Origin: a virus
Direction: 5' to 3' (one strand)
DNA: 64,000 nt
Virus record (IMG/VR): IMGVR_UViG_3300044826_000112
Shown here: positions 1-10,722 of the stretch, piece by piece
Layout of the letters: every line of letters begins with the position of its first letter
Numbering within the stretch: position 1 is the stretch's first letter
Made by a program: the position numbers and the translations under genes
The notes under the pieces: generated by a model
Seen by the model: the letters and a program-made list of their open reading frames with translations, nothing else
What the model was told of the DNA's origin: nothing
Databases searched by the model: none

Positions 1-3000
1 CTGCAGAAATACCTGCATAAGAACCATCTGCCTGTGTAGTGGTACGGAAACCGTTAGCAGCAAGACCGGTCAGAACACCAGTAAGGGTTGCTCCGCTCTT
101 AGGTACGGCGGCGGCTGCTAGATCATACGCAGTTTTCACGGCAGCTGAAGTTGCGGCCATAGTTGCACTGGTGCTGTTTGTCGCACTGCTCAGCTGAACG
201 ATACCCGCTGCAGACACAGAAGCTACCGGTACGCCGGTAATCTGAGCCCATGGGTGCGTGTGAGCAGCCGGAGTGAACGTAGTAGGAACGTTCAGAAGCT
301 CGGTGTAATCAACACGATCCAGCTTGGTATAAACCTGAGTCCAATCAGTCCAAGATCCGCCAGCAGCTTTAGCACGCAGCATAAGCTTGTTGGCATCGCT
401 CAACATGATTTGACCGCTTACGTCACCATGCAGGTTCAGCACGTTACCGTAATCAAGCGGATATCCGTTAGCAAACGCCTGGACCATAGACAGACCTGTA
501 TAGGTCGGATCTGTAGTACCTGCCCATGCAGTTTGACGTCCTTGACTGATCACGTTGTAGTGGTTGTGAGCACTTGGCGTGAAGGTAGCTGGCTTATCGG
601 TGATCTCACCCCAGATGTGGGTGTGAGCACTTGGAGCAAACTCAGTCGGCTTGTCAGTAATGTGAGCCCAAAGGTGAGTGTGGGCAGTCGGGGTGAATTC
701 GGTTGGTTTACCGGTCACCTCAGCATAAGTCGGCCAGCGAGTAGCTTCAGCCGGCTTGTTAGTCACGTTAGCCCAATCTGGCAGGTTACCAAGGGAGAAT
801 ACGCGGTTTGCACCGTCGAATACGCCTTGAGCCAGGATAGTCCCACGGAACTCCCAGTTGTTGCTGTTGTTGGCGTTACGAGCAGTCCACTCACGAACAC
901 CTGCCGCAGTCTGACGGTATAGGATCAGGTTGTTCACACCGCCGCCAGCAAGGGCTACCCCTGCTGTGGATGCATCTGCAACCCCGCCGAATACCATACC
1001 GCCACCGATGGCGTTGCTTTTACCAACGTAGACTTCACCGGCACCAGTACCGTTACTGTAGGCGTTCAGGGAGCCTTTAACAGTAGATCCGTTACCTTGT
1101 ACGTTCACAGCTCGGCTGCTAGTGCTCGAGATGGTGATGTTGCCGGCCCCAGAGGAGTCAGCATCTGCACGATAGTAGCGACCATCGTGGTTGTGCGTAG
1201 TCAAAGAACGGTTGGTGATGTCAGTACGAATAGTCGTGATGACAGCCTGAGTGTTCAGCTTGGTGTTGAAGTTACCATCGTGGACGAAGTAGCCGATAGC
1301 CTGACCGTTGAACAGAGTGGAATCTACGGCCTTACCATTGATAGCCAGCTTGCCGTCAAGAGCCGCTTGTAGGCCTGCGATGTTGGCAATACCTAGGTTT
1401 TCCAAGTCGTGACGGTTCTGCTCGATGAAGTCTACGATCTCCTGAAGGCTGTTCAGGCTTTCGTTATCGACAGACATCAAGTTCTTCAGAGCGGCAATCT
1501 CGCCGCGAACAGTAGCAATGCCAGTAGAGGCATCCAGCTTCTCTTCGAAGTTACCATTGTGAGCGAAGTAGCCGATCTCTTTACCCATGAATAGGGCAGT
1601 ATCGGCAGCACGCTCAAGCTTACGCAGGTACTCTGTATCCAGCTGGGTGACACGCAGGTCAACGTATTCACGTTGTTCATCTACGTGCTGAGCGATACCG
1701 ATGATCTGAACGGTCTTGTTGCTGACGTCCAGAGACAACGCTTGCACTTCGTTACGAAGGCTACGAGTATCGTTGTTCAGCACCAGAGCTTCTGCCTTAG
1801 TATCTGCAAGAACCTTGTTGGTACTTACTACTTTGGCATCTAGATCAGCCTTGGCGACAACCAGATCATCGTTAAGATGCTGGATGTTTTGGTTCGCTTG
1901 GTTAGCCTGGTTGGTGTACTCCACCATCTGAGCTGTCAGAGTGGACACTTGAGACGCCAAGGACTCCGCAGAGGTGTTGGCAGTCTTAGCTGCACTGGTA
2001 GCTGCAGAGATTTGGTTGCGAACGTCTACGCTCAGAGTCTGGTAGTCCAGATTCAGCGTTGCGATGTTGGCATCTAGCTGAGTTAACAGCGAGTTAGCCT
2101 GGTCCAGCTTGATACCGGCAGCCTGAAGATCACTCTCCATGGCAGCTAAGCGGTTGGTCAGCTGGGTAGTAGTCGTGTTCACACTGGTAATCAGGTTGTT
2201 CACATCGCCGTTCACCTTGTTGACGTTAGCCTCAGCATCAGCAAGAGATGCGTTCAGCTGGTTGTAGGTGTTGGTGATCTGATCAAGCCGAGTAGAAAGC
2301 ACGTTAACGTCCACGACCAAAGAGTTGACCGTAGCGTACGCAGTGTTGGCAAGAGCCAGGGCATCCTTACTCTTGATGTCGCTTTCGTTAATGCGTTGGT
2401 TGATGGTGTTGATGTCAGCTACGCACTTAGCGATTTGATCGCTGATGGAGCTGATATTCGTGGCCGCAGTGACTACTTTCTGCTCCAGCACGCTCATACG
2501 AGACTCAAAGTCAGCTACGGATAGCTGGCTCTGTTGCAGATCAGTTGCTAGAGAAGTCAGTTGAGCACGCAGACCAGTAATGTCAGTTTCGGCCTGAGCG
2601 ATACGCCCCTGGATGTCACGTACCTTGATATTGGACGTGTTGATATCCGCCTCGATGGCTTTTGCAAGCACACCAAGGTTAGTGTAGAGGGTTTCCAGGT
2701 CTCGTTGAGCACCCTCAAGGGTGTCAAGTCGTCTGTCTAAGTCGTCTGCCTGAGTGTACATTCCGGCAAGGTCGTTACGAAGCTTCTGCGATTCTTGCAT
2801 GAACACTTCGTAAACGCCGGAGATGTCTTCTTGGGCTTGGTGGATGTCCTGTAAAGTCTTGTCTCTGACCTCTTCAAGGTCCGCTACCCCAGCATCAATC
2901 TTGTCGGTAGCGGCCTTGAGTTGAACGATCAGCGAATCCACATCGACGGAGACAGAATCGAGTAACGAGATCACGTACTTCGTCAGCTCGTTCGTAGAGA

Positions 3001-3058
3001 GAACAAGCTCGGACACTACTGTACGAGTCGGATCGTTGTACTTATTCTGGTCTGTCAT
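1..3058 (-). CDS. Long tail fibre protein (3'-truncated by the window edge; missing from the ORF track)
   Basis: Read manually on the minus strand from ATG 3058 (RBS AGGTG): MTDQNKYNDPTRTVVSEL..., a long coiled-coil N-half, then fibre repeats with HxH motifs (KPTEFTPTAHTHLW, KPTEFAPSAHTHIW, KPATFTPSAHNH, AAHTHPW) and GIVQLSSATNSTSATMAATSAAVKTAYD; no stop seen before position 1. Confidence 0.85.
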   Translation of the reverse strand, partial: MTDQNKYNDPTRTVVSELVLSTNELTKYVISLLDSVSVDVDSLIVQLKAATDKIDAGVADLEEVRDKTLQDIHQAQEDISGVYEVFMQESQKLRNDLAGMYTQADDLDRRLDTLEGAQRDLETLYTNLGVLAKAIEADINTSNIKVRDIQGRIAQAETDITGLRAQLTSLATDLQQSQLSVADFESRMSVLEQKVVTAATNISSISDQIAKCVADINTINQRINESDIKSKDALALANTAYATVNSLVVDVNVLSTRLDQITNTYNQLNASLADAEANVNKVNGDVNNLITSVNTTTTQLTNRLAAMESDLQAAGIKLDQANSLLTQLDANIATLNLDYQTLSVDVRNQISAATSAAKTANTSAESLASQVSTLTAQMVEYTNQANQANQNIQHLNDDLVVAKADLDAKVVSTNKVLADTKAEALVLNNDTRSLRNEVQALSLDVSNKTVQIIGIAQHVDEQREYVDLRVTQLDTEYLRKLERAADTALFMGKEIGYFAHNGNFEEKLDASTGIATVRGEIAALKNLMSVDNESLNSLQEIVDFIEQNRHDLENLGIANIAGLQAALDGKLAINGKAVDSTLFNGQAIGYFVHDGNFNTKLNTQAVITTIRTDITNRSLTTHNHDGRYYRADADSSGAGNITISSTSSRAVNVQGNGSTVKGSLNAYSNGTGAGEVYVGKSNAIGGGMVFGGVADASTAGVALAGGGVNNLILYRQTAAGVREWTARNANNSNNWEFRGTILAQGVFDGANRVFSLGNLPDWANVTNKPAEATRWPTYAEVTGKPTEFTPTAHTHLWAHITDKPTEFAPSAHTHIWGEITDKPATFTPSAHNHYNVISQGRQTAWAGTTDPTYTGLSMVQAFANGYPLDYGNVLNLHGDVSGQIMLSDANKLMLRAKAAGGSWTDWTQVYTKLDRVDYTELLNVPTTFTPAAHTHPWAQITGVPVASVSAAGIVQLSSATNSTSATMAATSAAVKTAYDLAAAAVPKSGATLTGVLTGLAANGFRTTTQADGSYAGISA

Positions 3059-3067
3059 TGGTTCACC

Positions 3068-4108
3068 TTATTTGGCGTCGATTTGTGCCTTCAGATCCTT
3101 GACTGCTTCAATCAGCAGAGCAGCCAGCAGACCATAGTCTACCGTCAGATCCCCGTCGATTTCCACAACTAGTTCTGGCAGAACTGCTTGTACTTCCTGG
3201 GCGATAACACCAATGGACGGACGTCCACTGTTCTTCCAGTTGAAGCTGTAGCCGTTAAGCCCATCAAGCTTGTCCCAAACCCCTGCCAGCTTCTGGATGT
3301 TGTCCTTCAGACGGCGGTCGGAGTAAGCAGTGATGTTGCTACCTGCAGAGATGGTGGACGAAACGGTCAGGATACCGTTAACGTTGATACCTGCAGAAGT
3401 GGCCTGAGCACGGCTGGTAGAGCCGTAGTACAGGTCAGATTCCAGCTTGTCGTACGCAGTCTTGACAGCCTTAGAGGTTGCCAGAGTGGTAGAGCTGGTG
3501 CTGCTTACGGAGTCTGAGCGGTTGTTGAACAGAGCATCTGCATAGGAGCGAGCAGCTGCGGCATCAGAGATACCCTTAGCAGCTTGCTGAGAAGCAACCA
3601 GAGCTGCGTCGTAAGTCACCTTCACCGCCTTGGAAGTTGCCAGAGAGGCAGAGCTATCAAAGGTTGTGGAGTCTGACTTGGCGTTAGGCAGGTTAGCCCA
3701 ACGGTCGTACGCAGCATCCGCCTTAGTCTGAGCGTTGATAGCACGAGTACGGGCGTCTTCAGCACGGTCGTAAGTGGTCTTGACCGCCATAGAGGTAGCC
3801 AAAGTGTTGCTGTCAGCCAGAGACACGGAGTCAGACTTGCTGTTAGGCAAGTTAGTCGTCGCGTTAGCAGCATCTTGAGCCAGTGTGTAAGCGGCATTCG
3901 CACGGGACAGAGCTTCTACACCCTTATCGTACGCCACTTTGACAGCGGAGCTAGAACCAACAGTAGTGGTTGAAGTGCTGTTTACGGCGTTGGAAATGCT
4001 CGTCTTGGCAACTTTAGCGTCAAGAGCAGCCATTAAGCCTGGGATGTTTTCAACCTGCAGGACCCCCAGACGGTCACGTAGCAGATCTTGAAGTCTTACT
4101 TGAGACAT
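3068..4108 (-). CDS. Tail fibre protein with C-terminal intramolecular chaperone (peptidase S74-like)
   Basis: Four SDSVSSTSSTTLATSKAVKTAYD-type repeats; C-terminal SDRRLKDNI...GVIAQEVQAVLPELV...VDY motif; likely start MSQVRLQ at 4108, overlapping the upstream stop. Confidence 0.85.
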   Translation of the reverse strand: MSQVRLQDLLRDRLGVLQVENIPGLMAALDAKVAKTSISNAVNSTSTTTVGSSSAVKVAYDKGVEALSRANAAYTLAQDAANATTNLPNSKSDSVSLADSNTLATSMAVKTTYDRAEDARTRAINAQTKADAAYDRWANLPNAKSDSTTFDSSASLATSKAVKVTYDAALVASQQAAKGISDAAAARSYADALFNNRSDSVSSTSSTTLATSKAVKTAYDKLESDLYYGSTSRAQATSAGINVNGILTVSSTISAGSNITAYSDRRLKDNIQKLAGVWDKLDGLNGYSFNWKNSGRPSIGVIAQEVQAVLPELVVEIDGDLTVDYGLLAALLIEAVKDLKAQIDAK

Positions 4109-4818
4109 TACAGTACCCACTCAAAGTTGTTCCAGATCAGACGTACTTCTTCGCCAGGAACATCGACGAGGATAGAAGTAGCTTCACCACGAGCAGTGTT
4201 GATCTTCGTGGTAGACGCATGAGTGTTAACTACCGGTACCGCGGCACGAGTAGCTTCCAGCACGACACTGTCACCACGAGCCAGACCGGTCGGGTTAGGC
4301 AGGTAGAAGTTACCGTTGGCGTTCAGCATGTACTTCTTACCGCCAGCAACAAGGCTACCGGTAGCGTCACGATACTCAACAGAGCCGGATTCCACACGGG
4401 AAGCGTTGGACTGGTCGATCCAGTTAACGCCGTCGGAAACGAACTCGTACTCACCCTTGTTCTTGATGTCCAGGTTACTAACTTGGCCACCACCACGGGT
4501 AAGGATCACACCGGACAGGGCTTTTACTTTAACGACGCGGTCAGACAGAAGGATCTGTACCTTACGGCCGATTGCGTGACCTGGCAGAGTGATCGTGATG
4601 TTTGCTGTCGGATACAGCTTTTGCACTGGTGCATCTGGGCAAGTGTAGTTGGTTCCAATCTGTTTCCAGTCCCAACTCTCCACGTTACCAAGAGCTTCTT
4701 CCAGGGCGATGATGCGACGTTGGTTGTCTACGATGGTTGCAGACAGTGCGTCCAGGTCGCTGTCAGTTGCAATTTGAGTAGAGGCTCCCGCCTCTTGCAA
4801 CAGAGTTAATCCAGCCAT
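4108..4818 (-). CDS. Putative tail/baseplate-associated structural protein
   Basis: GAGG RBS, co-oriented with the fibre genes, beta-rich repeats (ITITLP, NFYLPNP...GDSVVL). Confidence 0.5.
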   Translation of the reverse strand: MAGLTLLQEAGASTQIATDSDLDALSATIVDNQRRIIALEEALGNVESWDWKQIGTNYTCPDAPVQKLYPTANITITLPGHAIGRKVQILLSDRVVKVKALSGVILTRGGGQVSNLDIKNKGEYEFVSDGVNWIDQSNASRVESGSVEYRDATGSLVAGGKKYMLNANGNFYLPNPTGLARGDSVVLEATRAAVPVVNTHASTTKINTARGEATSILVDVPGEEVRLIWNNFEWVL

Positions 4819-4907
4819 GATTTACCTCTCTTAGGGGTGTTTACAGGAATCCACATATGAGGATTTTAAGGTATAACTACCATGTAACCCTTTACTAAGG
4901 AGGTTGT

Positions 4908-5381
4908 ATGGCACCAACGCTAAATCTGAATAACGTCCACATGTACACGGACGGCTCTTGTAAGAACAACCCAGGCCCGGCAGGCTGGGGTCTGTATGTC
5001 CAATTTCCCGATGGCGGCGAGGAAAGACTCTGTGGTCCAGCTGGCATGCGTTCAACCAATAATCGTGGTGAACTCATGGCGATGATTGAGGCGCTGCGGA
5101 AAGTTGAGTTTTTAGAGTCCTCTGGGTACCTAGACGACCGCCAAGTCGATGTGTATACTGACTCGACTTACGTGAAGAATGGGCTCTTGGAGTGGGGACC
5201 CGGCTGGGCCCGCACTGCATTCCGAGGGGTGAAGAACAGTGACCTCTGGGAGGTTGCCTACCCGCTCTTCCTCTCTATCCGTCATACTATGAACATCTAC
5301 TGGGTCAAAGGTCACGCCGGCACCCCGGGCAACGTCATAGCTGACGAATTGGCAAATCAAGGGGTACTAATGAATGTTTAA
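4908..5381 (+). CDS. rnhA: Ribonuclease HI
   Basis: YTDGSC.NNPGPAGWG, TNNRGEL, YTDSTYV, KNSDLW, WVKGHAG.PGN..AD motifs. Confidence 0.95.
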   Translation: MAPTLNLNNVHMYTDGSCKNNPGPAGWGLYVQFPDGGEERLCGPAGMRSTNNRGELMAMIEALRKVEFLESSGYLDDRQVDVYTDSTYVKNGLLEWGPGWARTAFRGVKNSDLWEVAYPLFLSIRHTMNIYWVKGHAGTPGNVIADELANQGVLMNV

Positions 5382-8247
5382 GGAAATCAAAGAGCAGGTC
5401 GACTTTCTCGAGCTGTACAACTTCTATCTGGGCGACGAATTCCCACTGAAACAAGCCACATCTGACACCATCATGACAGAAGATGACGTGTGTCCGTGGC
5501 ATGGCGGTCATGGAAGCTTCCGCATCAAGTATGTAGAAGATGACCGTGAGCAGCAGTATGCGAACTGCTTTGGCCATTGCCACTTCGATGGTCCGGCAGA
5601 CCACATCGAGTTCGTACGTCGTACTCTCGGTCTGGACTCCGCACGTGAAGCGGCAGAGCGTATCATTGCAGACTTCAAGCTGGACATCCAAAGCGGCATG
5701 TCTGTAAGCCAGAAGATCTTCTTCGCAGCAGCTGAGTATTACCGGGATGCCTTCCTGCTGACTAATCGTCCACAGCCGAACTTGCAGGGTAAGACTCCTG
5801 TTCAGTATCAAATCGAAAACCGAGGCCACCTCGAGAGTACGCTTAACCGCATCAACATCGGCTGGACCGATGGTGGTCTGTGTGCTCACCTGTTGTCTTT
5901 AGGTTTCAGTCAGGACTCCATCATCAACTCCGGCTTGGGCCATATGGTCAAAGTTCGTGGACAACAGACGGAAATCTTGATCGACTACTTCATGGCCGGA
6001 TGCTTTATCTATCCGCACTATGTACAAGGACGCCCGTCGGACTTCACCATCAAGCACATGCCATTGCCTGGTAAAGAGCGGAAGGAGTATCGCCTCAAGA
6101 ACTCCTATCGCCTGAACAACCCAGTGTTCTACGGGATGGAAGACCTCAACAGTGGCAAGATCGCTATCGTTGAAGGTGAGAACGACCGGGCGTCTCTGCT
6201 TGATGCCAAGTGGGACGGCTGCGTGCTGTGCTGCAACGGTCAGCTGAAGAACGAACAGCTCAAGTACATCCAGGATAAGCTCGCTGACCGTGAAATCTTC
6301 ACGTTCTTCGATGCTGACGAAGCCGGTACCAAGTACATCGAGAAGATGTGGAAGGTAGCCGCAGCAGGCCGTATCCCGAACCTCTATCAGTTCGGTGTGC
6401 CGGAAGAGAAGTACAAGGATATCGACGACTTCATCAAGAATGAAGGACGTGGTGCCTTTATCCGCATGATTGAGAGTGGTGAGTTCCTTCTGGAACGTCC
6501 GTCTGATGAAGAGGTAGTTGAGGTGTCCGTAGAGAACCGCGGCTCCAAGTCTATCCTCGTCAAGAACGGTCGCTACTACGCAGTCAAGGTGGACAACGAA
6601 GGCGGTGAGCGTCACATCGAAATCTCCAACTTCATCATCAAGCCGCGTAACACCTACGACTATGTCGAACAGGGTATGCTGCTGCGTGAGGTTGTGGTGG
6701 TTCGCTATGATGGCCGTAGCTCTCGCCCGATGACCATCGACTCAGCCCAGAAGACCAGCCTTCGTCTGTTCAAACAGAAGATGGCGGACATCATGGACTG
6801 TGCGTTCAAGGGTACCGAGCAAGACCTCGCCAACATGTGGGACTTCATCCAAGAGACCAGCAAGGAGCGGAACGTGCAAATCGTTCATGGTATCGGGCAT
6901 ATCCCGTCCATGAAGGGTTGGCTGTTCGGTAACGTGTACGTCTCCGAAGAGGGTGCCATCATGACTCCTGATAATGAAGGGGTTATCTGGGTTCAGCAGG
7001 ACACCGGCATCATGGCTAGGTCTCCGTCTGGTTCCAGTATTGGTGTGGACGTACCGTGCCTCAAGACAGATATCGGCCCGCACGATGTAGAGGGCTTCCT
7101 CGACTATCAAGGCAAAGTCCTGCGAGCTTTCGTAGGTGCTGCCGGTAGTATCGGTGCAGGTTTGACTATGCTGGCTTGGAGCCGAATGCAGGCAGAGTCG
7201 GATGCCATTCACGCTTCCTTTAACTTCGTGCCGTTCCTGCACTACTGGGGTAAGCACGGTAAGGGTAAATCCACTATGGCAGGCTGGCTGACCGGCATGT
7301 GGGACATGCACAACAAGGGTGTGTTCACCGTGGGCAACCTGCGTTCCACCGTAGGCTTCGAGCGTCTGGCGGGCTACTATCGTAGTCTTCCGATGGCGAT
7401 TGATGAACTGCGGGCTGACGAGCAGGCCTTGAAGTACTCGGATATCTGGCGTGGTTACTACAACCGCTACAGCCGTGTGATGGCTAGCCGTGAACTGGAA
7501 GGTGGTGTGAAGGTCAATCCTATCCACTCCAACTTCATCTTCTGCGGCCAGGATACCTTCGCTGACCCGGCTATGGCTAAGCGTTGTGTGACCTTGAAGA
7601 TGCCTGAGATGGGTGGTGACGCCCCTGCGTTTAACTTCCTGACCAATGAGCACGATGTGGGGAACTTCTCCCGTCTGGGCTTCCATTGGATTCTGGAAGC
7701 AGCTCGCGACGGTACTCCTAACAACCTCAACGGGATTCGTGAGTATGAGGCTACCTTGGAAATCGAGGACAACCGGGCACGTCTGAACTGGTCTGTGGTC
7801 GGCTTCTATGCCGAGCGTCTGGCCAAGCTCTACTATCCGGACTTCGACTTCAAGAAGTTCATCTACTCCTGCCTGAACGAGACCATGGAAGACGTGGCGT
7901 TGACTGACCTGTCCAAGACCTTTTGGCAGGCCGTAGCAGTACTGATGCAAGACGAGATGAAGAACCCGTTTACCGACGGTGACTTCAAGATCTTCAACAA
8001 CCAACTGCGGATGTGGTCCACTTCGGTAATCCCGAAGGTGCTGGCCAACCATGTAGTTCCTATGAAGGGGTTCTCTGCGTCGTCTGTACGCAGTGCTCTT
8101 GCAGAGGAGCCGTACTACGCCGGCAAGATCAAGTGCCGGATGCACAGCTCTACTAGCCCAGTCTCGACTGACATCTTCGAACCTTCGAAGGTAGAGGATG
8201 AGAACTTCAAGCTGGTAATGTCTATGTTCGCAGGCGGTACAGCTTAA
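5374..8247 (+). CDS. Primase-helicase fusion (Zn finger + TOPRIM + P-loop NTPase)
   Basis: CPWH...CFGHC Zn finger; IVEGEND and FFDADEAG TOPRIM motifs; Walker A GKHGKGKS; Walker B MAIDE. Confidence 0.85.
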   Translation: MFKEIKEQVDFLELYNFYLGDEFPLKQATSDTIMTEDDVCPWHGGHGSFRIKYVEDDREQQYANCFGHCHFDGPADHIEFVRRTLGLDSAREAAERIIADFKLDIQSGMSVSQKIFFAAAEYYRDAFLLTNRPQPNLQGKTPVQYQIENRGHLESTLNRINIGWTDGGLCAHLLSLGFSQDSIINSGLGHMVKVRGQQTEILIDYFMAGCFIYPHYVQGRPSDFTIKHMPLPGKERKEYRLKNSYRLNNPVFYGMEDLNSGKIAIVEGENDRASLLDAKWDGCVLCCNGQLKNEQLKYIQDKLADREIFTFFDADEAGTKYIEKMWKVAAAGRIPNLYQFGVPEEKYKDIDDFIKNEGRGAFIRMIESGEFLLERPSDEEVVEVSVENRGSKSILVKNGRYYAVKVDNEGGERHIEISNFIIKPRNTYDYVEQGMLLREVVVVRYDGRSSRPMTIDSAQKTSLRLFKQKMADIMDCAFKGTEQDLANMWDFIQETSKERNVQIVHGIGHIPSMKGWLFGNVYVSEEGAIMTPDNEGVIWVQQDTGIMARSPSGSSIGVDVPCLKTDIGPHDVEGFLDYQGKVLRAFVGAAGSIGAGLTMLAWSRMQAESDAIHASFNFVPFLHYWGKHGKGKSTMAGWLTGMWDMHNKGVFTVGNLRSTVGFERLAGYYRSLPMAIDELRADEQALKYSDIWRGYYNRYSRVMASRELEGGVKVNPIHSNFIFCGQDTFADPAMAKRCVTLKMPEMGGDAPAFNFLTNEHDVGNFSRLGFHWILEAARDGTPNNLNGIREYEATLEIEDNRARLNWSVVGFYAERLAKLYYPDFDFKKFIYSCLNETMEDVALTDLSKTFWQAVAVLMQDEMKNPFTDGDFKIFNNQLRMWSTSVIPKVLANHVVPMKGFSASSVRSALAEEPYYAGKIKCRMHSSTSPVSTDIFEPSKVEDENFKLVMSMFAGGTA

Positions 8248-8255
8248 GGTGCATT

Positions 8256-8477
8256 ATGATCTCCTCATGGGTCTTAAAAGTCTCTCATAGTGAAGTGTTC
8301 GTTAAAGGCTATCTGGCTAGACGACGCTTGATTATTCAGGGGCGCGTGGATGGAGACCCCGATTGGGGTCTCATATTCGATCAACTTGTGCAATACTATC
8401 ACGTAGATGATGTAAGCATGGGTGGAACAATCATGAAGGCGTTCAACGCCGTACAGACACTTAAGGAGAAACGCTAA
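8256..8477 (+). CDS. Hypothetical protein
   Basis: ORF in operon, RBS AAGGT. Confidence 0.55.
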   Translation: MISSWVLKVSHSEVFVKGYLARRRLIIQGRVDGDPDWGLIFDQLVQYYHVDDVSMGGTIMKAFNAVQTLKEKR

Positions 8478-8722
8478 TGGCACTATGGATGAAGGTTGAT
8501 TTCAGAACGGCACTTCCTGTTGACGGCAATGAGGATGCGCTTCAGCTGCAGAAGTATCAACTGAAGTTCAAACTGACCACTAAAGATCTTCATGACACCC
8601 GTCATGAGACTTGGAAAGCCAGGGTTCAGGAGGTCCTCCATCAATGGGAAGGGCGTCCAGAGAACTGGCCGGTAATGGTCCTTGGGACCGAGATCATTGA
8701 ACAGGAGGACGAAGAACAATGA
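8477..8722 (+). CDS. Hypothetical protein
   Basis: AAGGAG RBS, translationally coupled. Confidence 0.65.
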   Translation: MALWMKVDFRTALPVDGNEDALQLQKYQLKFKLTTKDLHDTRHETWKARVQEVLHQWEGRPENWPVMVLGTEIIEQEDEEQ

Positions 8723-9381
8723 TCGATTTAGAAGCAGCCCGCAAGGCGATTCACTTTGTAATGCCCGACTCTATCTTTATGTGTGACCTGGAGACTGTGG
8801 CCCTGACTGAGGATGCGTACATCCTCTCTATCGGCGGCCTGGTGTTCAAGCCATCTGAAGGTATCGGCGGGATCATCGATGCTGACGGTAAGTTGATCTG
8901 CCCTAGCTTTGAGATCTTCATCTCTGGCGAAGGCCAAGAAGGCCGCTTCCAGGACCCCAACACGGTTAAGTGGTGGGATGGTCAGCCGGCATCTAGCCGG
9001 GAGCTGATGTTTGGTCCTGATACTCCTCGCATGAGCCTGGAGCAGGGGATCGACTTCATGCTGGCGTTCCTGGACAAGACCAAGCCTACCCACGGCTCGG
9101 CCAACTCCCCGTCGTTCGACTTCAACATCCTGAAGCACGCGATGCGTCCGTACACCAAGAAGTTCAACTTCCCCTTCTGGAACGAGATCGACTACCGCTC
9201 CATCGAGAGCTTCGTATTCGGTACCAACGTCCGTAAAGAAGGCATGCCGTTCCACTTCGGGACCAAGCATACTGCCCTGGATGACTCCATCTCCCAGGCA
9301 ATCGCCCTGTGCTACATGTATCAGTGGCGTCGTGAGATCGATCAGGCTTACGGCGGTGGTGCCCGCACTCGCGGCGGCTGA
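8719..9381 (+). CDS. DEDDh 3'-5' exonuclease (exonuclease VIII/RNase T-like)
   Basis: CDLET, ANSPSFD, HTALDDS motifs. Confidence 0.8.
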   Translation: MIDLEAARKAIHFVMPDSIFMCDLETVALTEDAYILSIGGLVFKPSEGIGGIIDADGKLICPSFEIFISGEGQEGRFQDPNTVKWWDGQPASSRELMFGPDTPRMSLEQGIDFMLAFLDKTKPTHGSANSPSFDFNILKHAMRPYTKKFNFPFWNEIDYRSIESFVFGTNVRKEGMPFHFGTKHTALDDSISQAIALCYMYQWRREIDQAYGGGARTRGG

Positions 9382-9435
9382 CCTGCTCACTACATATGTA
9401 CCATGCAGGTATAAGTGATGTAGGAGGGCAACACT

Positions 9436-9708
9436 ATGCTTACTACATTACTTCTCACAGTGGCAGTTTCGGCTGCCACTCCTCAAGAATCTTGCCAGCT
9501 GGAAGCCAACAAAGTCTTCGTTCACGAAGTCGTGCAGGTAACCAACGGCAAACCCCTGATGCTCACCCGTGTTGGAACTTGTGACAAAGGCGATCCAATT
9601 AACATCGTGGAAAAAGAAGTGGTGGTATATCGATTACCTCCGCAGAAGCCTCTCGTCCCCAAAACCGGTGGTGACTACGAATACACAGCAGTCTTGGAGA
9701 TTAACTAA
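9436..9708 (+). CDS. Hypothetical secreted protein
   Basis: AGGAGG RBS after a GGTATAAG promoter; signal-peptide-like N-terminus. Confidence 0.6.
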   Translation: MLTTLLLTVAVSAATPQESCQLEANKVFVHEVVQVTNGKPLMLTRVGTCDKGDPINIVEKEVVVYRLPPQKPLVPKTGGDYEYTAVLEIN

Positions 9709-10694
9709 TGCACGAACTACATGATGCGTATGAGGAAGTAACATTTGGCGGTCATCACAAGAGTGACCGCACTGGAACCGGGACGATCTCCCGGTTCGGT
9801 AACTTCAAAAGTTATGACCTCTTCCCCAACCGTCTTCCTTTAGCTACCGGCAAGAAGACGAATATCAAAGCCATTGTTCGTGAGCTTGAATGGTTCTTCC
9901 GCGGCGAGACCAACATCAAGACTCTCGACTCAAAGATCTGGGATGAGTGGGCCGATGAGAACGGCGAGCTAGGCCCGATCTACGGCAAGCAATGGCGTCG
10001 TTGGGAAGACATCAAACTGTGTGATGCCGGTGTCGAATCCATGTGGGAAGCTGCAGGTTACAGTGCTATTGGCACTACTGAAGATGGCCAATTCGTCATG
10101 CGTCGTGAGATCGACCAGATTGCCAAGGTCATCGAGCAGCTGAAGACCGATCCAGACTCTCGCCGCATTCTCCTGTCTGCCTGGAACGTAGGTGATCTCG
10201 AGCAGATGGCTCTGAACCCCTGCCATGTACTGGTCCAGTTCTACACTCACGAAGCTACTCTCACTGAGCGTCGTATCTACCTGCGTGAAGTTGTCTCCAC
10301 AGAGAAGCTGAACTACATGGATACCGCCAGCCTCACTCATGAGCAACTAGATGAGCTGAAGATCCCTCGCCGTATGCTGAGCAGCATGCTGTATCAGCGT
10401 TCCGGTGACATGTTCCTTGGGGTTCCTTTTAACATCGCCAGTTACTCCATCCTGACCCACCTGCTGGCCAAGGAATGTGGTATGATTGCCTATGAATTCA
10501 AGCATATCATCGGCGATGCTCACGTGTACTCTAACCACCGCGAGCAGATCGATCAGTATCTGGAGCTGCCAATATATAAGTGCCCATCGATCACTTTCGA
10601 CGCCGATACTACTGTCGAGAACTTCTGCTTCGAGAAGATGCACGTTCACGACTATATCCACGGCCCCGTCATTAAAGCACCAGTGGCCGTCTGA
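9708..10694 (+). CDS. thyA: Thymidylate synthase
   Basis: DRTGTGT, LGPIYGKQWR, DSRR, ALNPCH, YQRSGDMFLGVPFNIASY, GDAHVY. Confidence 0.97.
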   Translation: MHELHDAYEEVTFGGHHKSDRTGTGTISRFGNFKSYDLFPNRLPLATGKKTNIKAIVRELEWFFRGETNIKTLDSKIWDEWADENGELGPIYGKQWRRWEDIKLCDAGVESMWEAAGYSAIGTTEDGQFVMRREIDQIAKVIEQLKTDPDSRRILLSAWNVGDLEQMALNPCHVLVQFYTHEATLTERRIYLREVVSTEKLNYMDTASLTHEQLDELKIPRRMLSSMLYQRSGDMFLGVPFNIASYSILTHLLAKECGMIAYEFKHIIGDAHVYSNHREQIDQYLELPIYKCPSITFDADTTVENFCFEKMHVHDYIHGPVIKAPVAV

Positions 10695-10722
10695 TCAGGT
10701 ATAAGTAACGTAGGAGGAATTT

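Noticed and set aside
254-2077. Plus-strand ORFs in the track
   Set aside because: Antisense shadows of the minus-strand tail fibre gene; no RBS or recognisable motifs
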